Virus record (IMG/VR): IMGVR_UViG_3300037067_015585
Coordinates: 1-64,000 of that record
Source of the DNA: a virus
Lineage: Duplodnaviria; Caudoviricetes
Strand: one strand, 5' to 3'
DNA length: 64,000 bases
Shown here: positions 1-8,520 of the stretch, one piece after another
Position numbering within the stretch: position 1 is the first letter of the stretch
How the letters are laid out: every line of letters starts with the position of its first letter
Made by a program: the position numbers and the translations under genes
The notes under the pieces: generated by a model
What the model saw: the letters and a program-made list of their open reading frames with translations, nothing else
What the model was told of the DNA's origin: nothing
Databases searched by the model: none

Positions 1-122
1 GGGGAAGAAGTGTAATGCCGCCAAATCAGTCGGTCCAGAGACAAAACCCTACCGATGGGGGACTGGAAAGCCGATGTCGGGCGACGGTTATAAAGAGGCT
101 ATACTTCCCGTTGGGCATTAAT

Positions 123-587
123 ATGCAGTATTACAAGTGGATGTTCGATGATTCAAAATCGGTAAGGCGTATTCCAGGTTTCGTATTCTTATCAATTGAA
201 GATGCTGTAAAATTCAGCGATGCGTTCGAGACGTGGTGCTATGGCGATCACCCAAAGGCATTATTCACATTCAAAGGTGTTGAGCCGACTAGAATAAAAC
301 AAAATCTGAATTCACGTTTCTTAGACCGCACTGCTTGGCGTGAATTATCTAATCAAGAGCTACAAAAGGCAATGTTATACTTTGACAAAAAGCCAAGAGA
401 ATATTTTCTAATGGCAGTCGGAGCAAAAGATATTCCTTTGATGCTAAGCATTGCACAGACTGTTGGTTGCATATCGGTACGTGGTAAATCTAATCAAAGC
501 CACTCAGATATTGAAGCTTTGTATCGCTGGCCTGCGACTATGACACGTGTTTCTGAACAAGAGATAATCGGTGCTGCAACCAATTAA
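123..587 (+). CDS. hypothetical protein (likely start MQYYKW at 123)
   Basis: ORF 15..587; the ATG at 123 follows an AT-rich stretch; no recognisable motif. Confidence 0.55.
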   Translation: MQYYKWMFDDSKSVRRIPGFVFLSIEDAVKFSDAFETWCYGDHPKALFTFKGVEPTRIKQNLNSRFLDRTAWRELSNQELQKAMLYFDKKPREYFLMAVGAKDIPLMLSIAQTVGCISVRGKSNQSHSDIEALYRWPATMTRVSEQEIIGAATN

Positions 588-611
588 TCTACATATGTAC
601 CGTTCACCATA

Positions 612-860
612 TCACACAGGCTTGCTCTCATAATCAACCCATTCAATCTCTTTATGAGGTTCGTTGCCAAAATAATAATAGCCCACCTTTAGCTTACCAT
701 CTGCAGTCTTCATGATAGCAGCGAGTGCGCAGCCCTCACAGATAAAACCAGATTGATAATAGTCTGGTTTTAATGCTTCAAAAATCTTGAAAACATCGAT
801 GTCAGCCGGAGTACCAGGACCAAATAGTTTAGTAGTGCAATGATTGCAAAAATCAGCCAT
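612..860 (-). CDS. small Cys-rich phage protein (DFCxxC...CEGC), putative Zn-binding
   Basis: two CxxC pairs; packed in a minus-strand gene run. Confidence 0.6.
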   Translation of the reverse strand: MADFCNHCTTKLFGPGTPADIDVFKIFEALKPDYYQSGFICEGCALAAIMKTADGKLKVGYYYFGNEPHKEIEWVDYESKPV

Positions 861-861
861 A

Positions 862-1101
862 TTAGATTTTGTGTTTAACGAATTGAATTTTTATATCATC
901 TGGAAGCGGCTCTGAGCTTACAATCTCAAGCCAGGCACCACAATCTGGGCATATGACTTGACTGATTTCTTTCTGACTTTTCTTTGTGTGCCTATGAATG
1001 TTGAGATCACTCATCTCATCAGTCGTAGCTCGATATGGACGATCTTGTTTTTTCTTTGACATCTTACCCGCCAATCGGCAAATTTCTATCGGCCCATTCA
1101 C
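862..1101 (-). CDS. hypothetical protein with CPDC zinc-ribbon-like motif
   Basis: abuts neighbouring ORFs; start may be the downstream MSKKK. Confidence 0.5.
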   Translation of the reverse strand: MNGPIEICRLAGKMSKKKQDRPYRATTDEMSDLNIHRHTKKSQKEISQVICPDCGAWLEIVSSEPLPDDIKIQFVKHKI

Positions 1102-1294
1102 CCCACATTTTGATTTGCTTTTGCCAATGTTCTGGCATATCTTCTTGTTCCATTATTGTCGATTCTGTCGATTCGGACGTCATCACCGACCATTGACCAG
1201 GTGGTAACTCTTCCTTGCCATTGTAGATTGAAGCAGCACCCTCAACATCTTTGTCATCGGCACTACGAAGCTGAATAAACAAAGTTTTAGCCAT
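1064..1294 (-). CDS. hypothetical protein
   Basis: ATG start; fits the minus-strand run. Confidence 0.5.
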   Translation of the reverse strand: MAKTLFIQLRSADDKDVEGAASIYNGKEELPPGQWSVMTSESTESTIMEQEDMPEHWQKQIKMWGEWADRNLPIGG

Positions 1295-1297
1295 TTT

Positions 1298-1420
1298 CTA
1301 TTCTCCGCACAATGATTCGTCAAGTTCAGAAAGTCTCTTTCTAACTGCTTCGACAATAAAGTCGAGATGTCTAACATCGTCGCATAGGAGGACTGTCAGT
1401 AATTTTCTATATTCATTCAT
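1298..1420 (-). CDS. small hypothetical protein (40 aa, MNEYRKLLTVLLCDD...), not in ORF track
   Basis: manually translated open frame filling the gap between neighbours. Confidence 0.35.
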   Translation of the reverse strand: MNEYRKLLTVLLCDDVRHLDFIVEAVRKRLSELDESLCGE

Positions 1421-1475
1421 CAATTTCGTTCTTCTATTATATTCTCTTTCGTTTTTTGCACTCATTTTATTCTTT

Positions 1476-2228
1476 CTATTTAAGTGCCTTTCGCGGTGCT
1501 GCTAATAATGGTATGTTAGACTTAGTACCGCGATTATTCCAATTCCAGAACATCAGATAGCCCATTCGACCAATAATTATTTGATCTATTGTTGCGTGTC
1601 TTGTGAGTATCTCTTGAAGATTGGCTGCTGCGGCGATGCTATTAATACCTAAATACTCAAAGGCAGGTTGTCTAAATTCTAACGGAAGAACATCGATCTT
1701 CTTAGTATGTTGATGTACTGTATATCCTGTACAATGTTCGCCAGAATGTGTATCACACCCAGAGACAATATCAAGACTACTGCCGCCAGATGTCGCAAGT
1801 GCAATACGCACCATAGCTAGCTTCTTTGATGTCTCGTCTGCTGCTTTTTCAAATATCGCTTGATATTCTACTGGGTCAATTCGACGCAAGAAAGACATAA
1901 AGAAAGCATCTGTGGTGCCTTCGCCGACTACCTGCTTTTGATGGTAATAATAGCAATGGTAAATTCCCTGGATTTCTCTCGAAAATAGAACGCCAGCCAA
2001 CTCACTTTTCGGCATATCGGATAATAGAAAAACTACCCGTTTTACCTCAGATTCCCATATATCGACGTTAGACCGCGATACTTCGGGATAGAGTATATTG
2101 CATGCTAATTGCCATAAATCGTCATCAGCTGCCTTTTTGACCGGATCATCGCCAACAACGATCTCGTTTTTGGCTGATTCTATCGATTTTGGCTTATACT
2201 TTTCGAGTTGGTATAATATTGATCCCAT
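1476..2228 (-). CDS. hypothetical protein
   Basis: 250-aa ORF. Confidence 0.65.
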   Translation of the reverse strand: MGSILYQLEKYKPKSIESAKNEIVVGDDPVKKAADDDLWQLACNILYPEVSRSNVDIWESEVKRVVFLLSDMPKSELAGVLFSREIQGIYHCYYYHQKQVVGEGTTDAFFMSFLRRIDPVEYQAIFEKAADETSKKLAMVRIALATSGGSSLDIVSGCDTHSGEHCTGYTVHQHTKKIDVLPLEFRQPAFEYLGINSIAAAANLQEILTRHATIDQIIIGRMGYLMFWNWNNRGTKSNIPLLAAPRKALK

Positions 2229-2247
2229 ACCAGCTTAAAATACAGAA

Positions 2248-2994
2248 TTATGCAGCGGTCTTTAACGCCTGCAGTATTTGTGGAAGAGATCTTGTATCGA
2301 TAATAGATTGCCGAGATGTTTTTATTGGTGCTGCAAAAACATTGGCGTACGACCTAAAATGATTCTCGTCGTGCAGAATCATGATATATCTAGTGAGCAG
2401 ACTGTCAGTTGGTGTAAAATCACCACGCAGCACAACACACAATTTCTCAATTGGAACGCCATGGTCATACACGATAGTCATACCGTGGCCGGGATAAATC
2501 TGGTAAACTTTTCCCGAATTGCTGCGAACAGATACAAACCCATTACGCAGAAATCTTTTGAATCCGTCATCACCAAGTACTCGCCGAAGAGTTTGCCGAG
2601 CACGCAATTCACGCTCTTCTGATGCTGCTCTGACAGGTGTACGTGATGATATAAATAATGGACATTGACGAGATTGGATGATCTGGCGAAATCGATCACT
2701 AAGAGGGATTGGCGCAGCCGCTACTGCCGACCAATCACCACAGGCGTAGTTACCAATTCTTATATATTTGCTGGTAACAATATAATTATTGCCATCTGAG
2801 TTCCAAAATTGGTAACCCGCAGTCGCTGGCTGTAAATCATACTCTTGCACCCACGAATCATAGCTGGAAGAATGAGTTGGCTTGTAATTATAATAATATG
2901 GAGTAGCCACAGTTGTGCAGTCAACCATCTTCATATAAATATTGCTATTGGCATTTGGCTTGTAATAACCAGTACTCGTTGGACTATAGTGCAT
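2248..2994 (-). CDS. phage protein with C-terminal ARQTLRRVLG...GFVSV...Y.I...LCVV...PTD.L...DE.HF...AN domain
   Basis: GGAGG RBS before MHYSP at 2994; directly follows the GG-ending small gene. Confidence 0.65.
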   Translation of the reverse strand: MHYSPTSTGYYKPNANSNIYMKMVDCTTVATPYYYNYKPTHSSSYDSWVQEYDLQPATAGYQFWNSDGNNYIVTSKYIRIGNYACGDWSAVAAAPIPLSDRFRQIIQSRQCPLFISSRTPVRAASEERELRARQTLRRVLGDDGFKRFLRNGFVSVRSNSGKVYQIYPGHGMTIVYDHGVPIEKLCVVLRGDFTPTDSLLTRYIMILHDENHFRSYANVFAAPIKTSRQSIIDTRSLPQILQALKTAA

Positions 2995-2995
2995 A

Positions 2996-3337
2996 TTAAC
3001 CTCCCTGGACCATTTTGATCGGTAGAAATATGACTTGTTCGGCGAGTGGATCAAACTCATCCATCTGCTTCGAACTCGCTTTACCATTAGCCCCAACGCG
3101 ATATGGTGTTAGATGCTTCTTCAAATCGTCGAACATCTGCTTAGCTGCTTGAATTTCAGCCAAGCTATTTGAATCCCAGACGACTCTCTTATCGCCATCC
3201 TTTGGGTTCATGATCTGGAAGATGCCGTGATTCGGTGGCGGAACAACTCCATCAAATACACGTAGTTGCTTTGGAATTGGGACTTGTTCCATCAAGCGAC
3301 CGCCATCAATGACTGGAAATTCAACAAAATCAACCAT
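2996..3337 (-). CDS. small protein ending in di-glycine (GDKRVVWD...FDPLAEQVIFLPIKMVQGG)
   Basis: start MVDFVEF immediately after the upstream stop; C-terminal GG-stop. Confidence 0.65.
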   Translation of the reverse strand: MVDFVEFPVIDGGRLMEQVPIPKQLRVFDGVVPPPNHGIFQIMNPKDGDKRVVWDSNSLAEIQAAKQMFDDLKKHLTPYRVGANGKASSKQMDEFDPLAEQVIFLPIKMVQGG

Positions 3338-3339
3338 AG

Positions 3340-3741
3340 TTATGTTCCAACTTTCCCTAAATGTCGATCTGTCCAAGACTCACGTAAAATTGTTTCGGTT
3401 AAATCGTACGGAGGCGCACAAAAATCTTTGTCACTTCCGATAATCACACCATCACGCTCTTTCCTGAAATTGCCCTCTTCAACAATTTTCTGCATACATC
3501 GTGTGCGAGGAGTTTTCGACCACGCCGCGATAGTCGGGCACAACTCTTCTTCTGGCCTTTTATTAAAACGGCCACTTTCAACAATCTGGCCATCTCTGAC
3601 GACTCTTTGATGTTCGTGCTTGCACTTTGGACAAACAAGAGTGACAACTCGATTTATCGAATCATCGAGTTTGACAAGAACGAAGCCACCACATCCACCG
3701 CCACTAATAGTGCAATGGATCTCTTGCCATATACTAGCCAT
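3340..3741 (-). CDS. zinc-ribbon-like protein (HC...GC / CPKC.HEH)
   Basis: Cys/His motifs; start MASIWQ overlaps the upstream stop. Confidence 0.6.
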   Translation of the reverse strand: MASIWQEIHCTISGGGCGGFVLVKLDDSINRVVTLVCPKCKHEHQRVVRDGQIVESGRFNKRPEEELCPTIAAWSKTPRTRCMQKIVEEGNFRKERDGVIIGSDKDFCAPPYDLTETILRESWTDRHLGKVGT

Positions 3742-4126
3742 TTTTCTTCCCAAAGGTGAATTCTTGAAGTGATTTGAAAGCATCACCCATTTCGATTTTA
3801 TCAACCGAAATGCATGCATCAGTGACACCATCGTAGCATGTGAACGCAATCGTTAACTTTGTACTGCGTTCATGATCGACGAACGAATATGAGCCGCCGT
3901 GATCGATGAAATTTGCCCAGTCACGAAACCAAATGCCACTTGGAATCGCAACCTTCAATTTTGAAGTATCTGAGTGAAAATGGACTTCGCCATTTGACTC
4001 ATGAATTCGAATGTCACCGATCGTCTTTTTTCTTTTATCTGGCCCGATGGCCTTAGACGATACTGTAGTCTCACGCGCTCCACCCATAATAGAAGCTCCT
4101 ATTAAAATGATAGCAAGATTTACCAA
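3734..4126 (-). CDS. hypothetical protein
   Basis: ORF downstream of a sigma70-like promoter; start may be MGGARE. Confidence 0.6.
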   Translation of the reverse strand: MVNLAIILIGASIMGGARETTVSSKAIGPDKRKKTIGDIRIHESNGEVHFHSDTSKLKVAIPSGIWFRDWANFIDHGGSYSFVDHERSTKLTIAFTCYDGVTDACISVDKIEMGDAFKSLQEFTFGKKNG

Positions 4127-4155
4127 TTAGCGGCAGAGATATTAAATACGTCTCC

Positions 4156-4184
4156 ATTATAACACAGAGACACATACTAGTCAA
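4156..4184 (-). promoter_or_regulatory. sigma70-like promoter TTGACT-N17-TATAAT with extended -10 TG
   Basis: near-consensus hexamers, 17-bp spacer, intergenic, correct orientation. Confidence 0.75.
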
Positions 4185-4367
4185 TTATATCCGTTTCAAA
4201 CTATCTTCGTACTTTTTCAATTCTTCGGGCAGATATCCCTTAAGATTATTGGCCCACAGTTTCAGCTTTGTTCCTTTGATGCCTTTAACTTCTTCTGCAG
4301 CATCGTCCATAGCATGGATAGCGTGCCTAATACACATCATGAGTGATTCACATTCTTCTTCCGTCAT
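4185..4367 (-). CDS. hypothetical protein
   Basis: 60 aa; TAATG coupling with the upstream gene. Confidence 0.5.
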   Translation of the reverse strand: MTEEECESLMMCIRHAIHAMDDAAEEVKGIKGTKLKLWANNLKGYLPEELKKYEDSLKRI

Positions 4368-4813
4368 TATATCCCTGCGTATGTCGAATGGCAGGTATGG
4401 CCACTCTCTATAGATAGTTTCTTACCCATTTTTCTCTGTAGTGAATTAGCAGATATGTTAAAATAAGCATCAGTTCCAGTGCCGTCGTGTGTTCTTTTGA
4501 AATCGAAACCGGCGATTATTGCCCCGATTATGAACGAACCGTGGTTGAGAGATTTGTGCGGTGTAAATGGTTCGACTGAATGCCTTAACCTGCGACTATT
4601 ACCACATCTCTTCGTTATCTTCTTTATCTTATCGACACTAGACAACCATTCGGCGACAAACGCTATATTTTCCGCGTCATCTAGTAAAGCGTCGTAACCA
4701 GTACCAATAGTCTCTGGTGTCGCACAAAATCCACCGGTACTCAGGTCTGGATACTTTGTGCAGATTGCGTTAATATGCTCTTTTATTTTCGCAGTATGAT
4801 ATTGTGATTTCAT
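4367..4813 (-). CDS. putative winged-helix-like protein (S..L.H.VE....S.NHG.FI.GA..AGF...YFNIS); paralog of the C-terminal domain of 8521..10587
   Basis: aligns by eye with roughly the last 140 aa of the 688-aa ORF; wHTH fold is inferred. Confidence 0.6.
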   Translation of the reverse strand: MKSQYHTAKIKEHINAICTKYPDLSTGGFCATPETIGTGYDALLDDAENIAFVAEWLSSVDKIKKITKRCGNSRRLRHSVEPFTPHKSLNHGSFIIGAIIAGFDFKRTHDGTGTDAYFNISANSLQRKMGKKLSIESGHTCHSTYAGI

Positions 4814-5003
4814 CGCTTGCTGATGTTTCTAGCCCTGGAAAGCTAATACTAGCCAGATATGCATTTTTACACCGCCAAATCTCACCGTTTTCTAAGACTG
4901 CAATATAGTCTAAAGTTCCATCTTCTTGTTCTTCAAACCAACCATCTTTTATTGGTGTTGGTGCTTCTGGCAGTGATGCTTCTTGTTTTGGTGTGTCAGT
5001 CAT
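4770..5003 (-). CDS. hypothetical protein
   Basis: ORF in gene run. Confidence 0.45.
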   Translation of the reverse strand: MTDTPKQEASLPEAPTPIKDGWFEEQEDGTLDYIAVLENGEIWRCKNAYLASISFPGLETSASDEITISYCENKRAY

Positions 5004-5304
5004 CTAAGTAAATCGCACGTATATCATTGCTCGTTTCTGGTGGCGTCACAACTTCAACTATGCAATATTGATGGCGTGGCCATCGTGGATCTTCAAACAG
5101 CGACACTCCGCCATGACACAGATTTGTGCGTATATTTCCACATTCAGGTGCATCTATGTACCCTATACGATTTGGAATGCAATGGATATATTGGCATATC
5201 TTTGCATAGGCTTCTTCTGGTGTATCTAGCGGTTCGTCAACAAGATTGTCCCATTTTGTGACGTTTATATCAGAACAGACTGTTCTATATTGAGGAATGA
5301 ACAC
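4996..5304 (-). CDS. hypothetical protein
   Basis: ORF overlapping neighbours' start/stop codons. Confidence 0.45.
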   Translation of the reverse strand: MFIPQYRTVCSDINVTKWDNLVDEPLDTPEEAYAKICQYIHCIPNRIGYIDAPECGNIRTNLCHGGVSLFEDPRWPRHQYCIVEVVTPPETSNDIRAIYLDD

Positions 5305-5678
5305 TACCAGTCTCCACCGGCACCACCACCGCCAAAATCGCCACCACCGCTATAATCGCTGCTGTCGTCGCTGCTGCTACTGTCACTACTGTCGTCGCTG
5401 CTGCCGCTTCCAAACACCGATCCAAATGATGAAGAATTGTCGTCGTCATCTTTGGAACTCTCAAAATCTGAGTCTTGATTGACAATTGCAGATGGATGAT
5501 GATAGTCCAATAGTCTTTGAATCTCTGGTTTCGAGTCGAAGTAGAATTTACCACGACCCCAGCTGCCATTTTTCTGCAAAAATAACTGTTCACTACCAGA
5601 TTTATTGGAACAATACCACTTATTCAGATACTGGATATCAACGCCAGTTCCAACTTGCAAAATCTGAACTCTGTCCAT
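5304..5678 (-). CDS. hypothetical protein with Ser/Asp-rich linker and TPM-type tail (GGGDFGGGGAGGDW)
   Basis: start MDRVQ with AAGGGA RBS; same Gly-rich tail as the adjacent TPM protein. Confidence 0.65.
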   Translation of the reverse strand: MDRVQILQVGTGVDIQYLNKWYCSNKSGSEQLFLQKNGSWGRGKFYFDSKPEIQRLLDYHHPSAIVNQDSDFESSKDDDDNSSSFGSVFGSGSSDDSSDSSSSDDSSDYSGGGDFGGGGAGGDW

Positions 5679-5700
5679 AATGTTTCCCTTATGTTGTAAG

Positions 5701-6477
5701 TTACCAACCACCGCCTGCCCCACCACCACCGAAATCGCCACCACCACCAGAATAACCTCCACCTCCACCGCCACCCCAACTACTCGAACTAGAGCCACCA
5801 GAACTACCAAAGCCTCCACCACACCCACCGCCGCCGAGAGCAACCAATATAATGATCAGAACTATAACAAGAATCACAATGATTATTATACCAACTGTCG
5901 TATGCCAAAAAGTGGTAGCCGCTGCTTTTGGCGCTACTGGCGCTGGCTCCACTTTACCGTGAATTTTTGCATCAATTGATGCTACCGCTGCCTGGATGCC
6001 AGCGTAGTAATCACCAGCCCTGAATTGTGGTTTTACTTGCTGATCGAGAATACGGCGACATACAGCATCAGTTAACATTCCTTCTAATCCGCGACCAACA
6101 GATAACCATGTCTTATGCTCTTTGACAGCAGCGACGAATAATACGCCGTTATCTTTACCGTTCTTGCCCAATTTCCAACTAATGGCTGTTTCAAGGGCAA
6201 ATTGTCCAATGTCCCTACCATCAAGAGTTGGAATAGTAAGAATAACTATCTGGTTGCCAGTTTCTTTCTCCTGGCCCAGCAGAGTACTTTTTAAACTCTC
6301 TACTTGAGCAGAAGTGAGAATCTTGGCGTCATCATTGACTGGACCACGCAGCACTGGTGCAGTAGCAGCCCTACATGATGTTGTGGTTGTTGCTAACCAT
6401 GTAAACAATATTAGTATAATCGCAACAGCGGTAAGCAACTCGACTAACGTAAAACCACACTGGGCATGACGTTTCAT
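5701..6477 (-). CDS. TPM-domain (YgcG-like) membrane protein with N-terminal prepilin-type GFTLVELL motif
   Basis: VND.A.IL, Q.V.LTI.TL.G.DI, W.LG..GKDNGVL, VG.GLEG.LTD motifs; C-terminal TM and Gly-rich GGFGGGGAGG.W tail. Confidence 0.9.
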   Translation of the reverse strand: MKRHAQCGFTLVELLTAVAIILILFTWLATTTTSCRAATAPVLRGPVNDDAKILTSAQVESLKSTLLGQEKETGNQIVILTIPTLDGRDIGQFALETAISWKLGKNGKDNGVLFVAAVKEHKTWLSVGRGLEGMLTDAVCRRILDQQVKPQFRAGDYYAGIQAAVASIDAKIHGKVEPAPVAPKAAATTFWHTTVGIIIIVILVIVLIIILVALGGGGCGGGFGSSGGSSSSSWGGGGGGGYSGGGGDFGGGGAGGGW

Positions 6478-6483
6478 TTACTA

Positions 6484-7086
6484 CTAGAACTCCACTTTGG
6501 GTGCTGTTTTGGCTGCTTCGGCGGCTTCGAAATTCTCAGCCTTCTTGAAACCATGAACATTAGCTACAATTTGACTGAACAAACCACCACAAGTAATATT
6601 ATAGTCCTTGACGGCTTTGTTGTAACGATGACGAGCCTCGTTAATCCGATTCTCAGTGCCTTCTAACTGCGATTGCAAATCAAGGAAATTCTGATTGGCC
6701 TTCAAATCAGGATATTTTTCCTGGACAAGAAGCAATCGCGATAACGCCGACGACATTTCACCCTGAGCGGCAGCGAATTTCTTCATTTGCTCTGGACTAG
6801 TCGTAGCAGTATTGATGTTAACCTGGCCCACCTTGGCACGTGCTTCTGTCACGTCTTTGAAAACACTGTTCTCGTGTTTCGCATAGCCCTTCACGGCACT
6901 GACGAGGTTCGGAATCAGATCATATCGACGTTGGAGCGTCGATCCAACATCGGCGGCTTTCTCCTGGACCGTATAGAATCCGGTATTAAGACTGCTATAA
7001 GTACCCCACCAAGACAAACCACCAATAACAACGAACAACAGCGCTACACCCAATAGCCCCAACGCAACATACATACAACCCTTCAT
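6484..7086 (-). CDS. lemA: LemA family protein
   Basis: LQRRYDLIPNLV..VKGYA.HE and E.YPDLKANQNFL.LQ.QLEGTENRI..AR..YN signatures. Confidence 0.95.
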   Translation of the reverse strand: MKGCMYVALGLLGVALLFVVIGGLSWWGTYSSLNTGFYTVQEKAADVGSTLQRRYDLIPNLVSAVKGYAKHENSVFKDVTEARAKVGQVNINTATTSPEQMKKFAAAQGEMSSALSRLLLVQEKYPDLKANQNFLDLQSQLEGTENRINEARHRYNKAVKDYNITCGGLFSQIVANVHGFKKAENFEAAEAAKTAPKVEF

Positions 7087-7144
7087 AGCATACTCCTTGT
7101 ATAATGATTTACCTTCGGTTTATGTTACTGAAATACATAGATGC

Positions 7145-7942
7145 TCATTCGTCGTTTTTTGGCTTCTTCGGATTCTTACTGGTCTTTGCAATCCTTGCAC
7201 ATTCTTGAGCCATGAACGCCAATGGCAATCGGCTACTACTCTTCTTATTGTAAATCGATTCAATCATGTTTAAAAAGCCATCGATATTCGGCTTCAAATC
7301 ACGCATTGCGCGATTTACTTCGAAACGATGGAAGAATTGGTTGATATCGAATTCATCAACCAACAGCAACATGCGAATCGCAGTGACGAAAAGGGTGTTC
7401 GATGCATGATCGAACCCGGCAGCTTTGCATCGTTTGATAATATCAGCGATTTGCTGGGCATACTTCATTTTGGTAACAGTGAAGTCACCCCTCTTGAATT
7501 CTGACATGTCAGACTTGCCGGTCAAGATTGATACCGCACAACTTATAGTAACTCCGGTGTGGGTAACATAATCGGCGGCAATCTGATATTGCGCACTTTG
7601 TTTGTCGCCTAGACGGCAATATGACTCCAAATAGTCCCTCGTAGACCACGGGCGAGTTGCACCTTCCAATTCATGAATTGTTGCATTATCATTACAGATA
7701 ATATAAAAGACTGGTATACCCAATTCCTTAGCGGCAGTAAGCCGATGGTGTCCGGCTTTGATCTCAAGCTTGCCATGTGAATTCTTTGTGACATGTAATG
7801 GGTATGCTGGGATATACCCATGCTCACGCATCGATGCCATGAGCTTGTTAATTTTCGTAACGTCTCTGTTGAATTTCGATAATTCAAAGAGACCGTAATC
7901 TTTGGTTGCAGCGAGTTTCGGCGATAATGACTTCGGTTTCAT
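7145..7942 (-). CDS. ParB/Srx-like N-terminal domain protein
   Basis: NR.V...KL..SM...G...P..V....I.AGHHRL.AAKELG.PV..II motif. Confidence 0.8.
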   Translation of the reverse strand: MKPKSLSPKLAATKDYGLFELSKFNRDVTKINKLMASMREHGYIPAYPLHVTKNSHGKLEIKAGHHRLTAAKELGIPVFYIICNDNATIHELEGATRPWSTRDYLESYCRLGDKQSAQYQIAADYVTHTGVTISCAVSILTGKSDMSEFKRGDFTVTKMKYAQQIADIIKRCKAAGFDHASNTLFVTAIRMLLLVDEFDINQFFHRFEVNRAMRDLKPNIDGFLNMIESIYNKKSSSRLPLAFMAQECARIAKTSKNPKKPKNDE

Positions 7943-8421
7943 TTTCTATCCTTCCGGTTATTGTTAATCCATTTGACAACAATGTCAAATGCTTCATTCC
8001 TAAACTTATTATTCCTTGGTATTGGCTCCAGTTGTGTTATAGCACATCGTGCCGCCTGCATCGCATAATTTTGCGATTTTTTCCAATTAGTGTCAATTGG
8101 CGTATCGATATCAACCTCAGATGATGTGGTTGATCCTTTACCGTGTAATCTTGATCGAAACCTGTTGTGTTCAAAAAAAGCTGCGTTAGCTTCTTCGATT
8201 TGCGTCTCGGCATCAAGATTTGCAATCCGCGATGCACGCGTCGGAGACATACGGCCTTCATCGACGGCAGCAATTAGCTCTGGTGTACCGTTTTGTAATA
8301 TGTTCAAAGCGGCATGCAACAAGTTCGGTCGAGTTGGTGTACTATTCGGATCAATAAGACGCGCCCTACCATCAGCCAAAGCCATAGCACCAGTGTTGAT
8401 ATATGGACTATCGCTATTCAT
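7939..8421 (-). CDS. putative ParB-associated HTH-like DNA-binding protein
   Basis: GTPELIAAVDEGRMSPTRASRIA resembles the post-HTH segment of ParB-like proteins; ATGA-coupled to the ParB-like gene. Confidence 0.55.
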   Translation of the reverse strand: MNSDSPYINTGAMALADGRARLIDPNSTPTRPNLLHAALNILQNGTPELIAAVDEGRMSPTRASRIANLDAETQIEEANAAFFEHNRFRSRLHGKGSTTSSEVDIDTPIDTNWKKSQNYAMQAARCAITQLEPIPRNNKFRNEAFDIVVKWINNNRKDRK

Positions 8422-8454
8422 AATTATCCTTTCGAGTTATTGAGAAGCTGGCCG

Positions 8455-8483
8455 ATTATAGCACGACACAGTAGCACATTTAA
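8455..8483 (-). promoter_or_regulatory. promoter TTAAAT-N17-TATAAT with GTCGTGC immediately upstream of -10
   Basis: shares CGTGCTAT with three other intergenic sites. Confidence 0.6.
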
Positions 8484-8520
8484 TTAGCGACCTTATTGTA
8501 TCGATCCATCGAACAGGAAA

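Noticed and set aside
5285-5979. Val-rich and Thr-rich alternative ORFs, including the Val-rich extension of 5304..5843
   Set aside because: They are alternative frames of the Gly/Ser-rich tails. The real start is MDRVQ at 5678.
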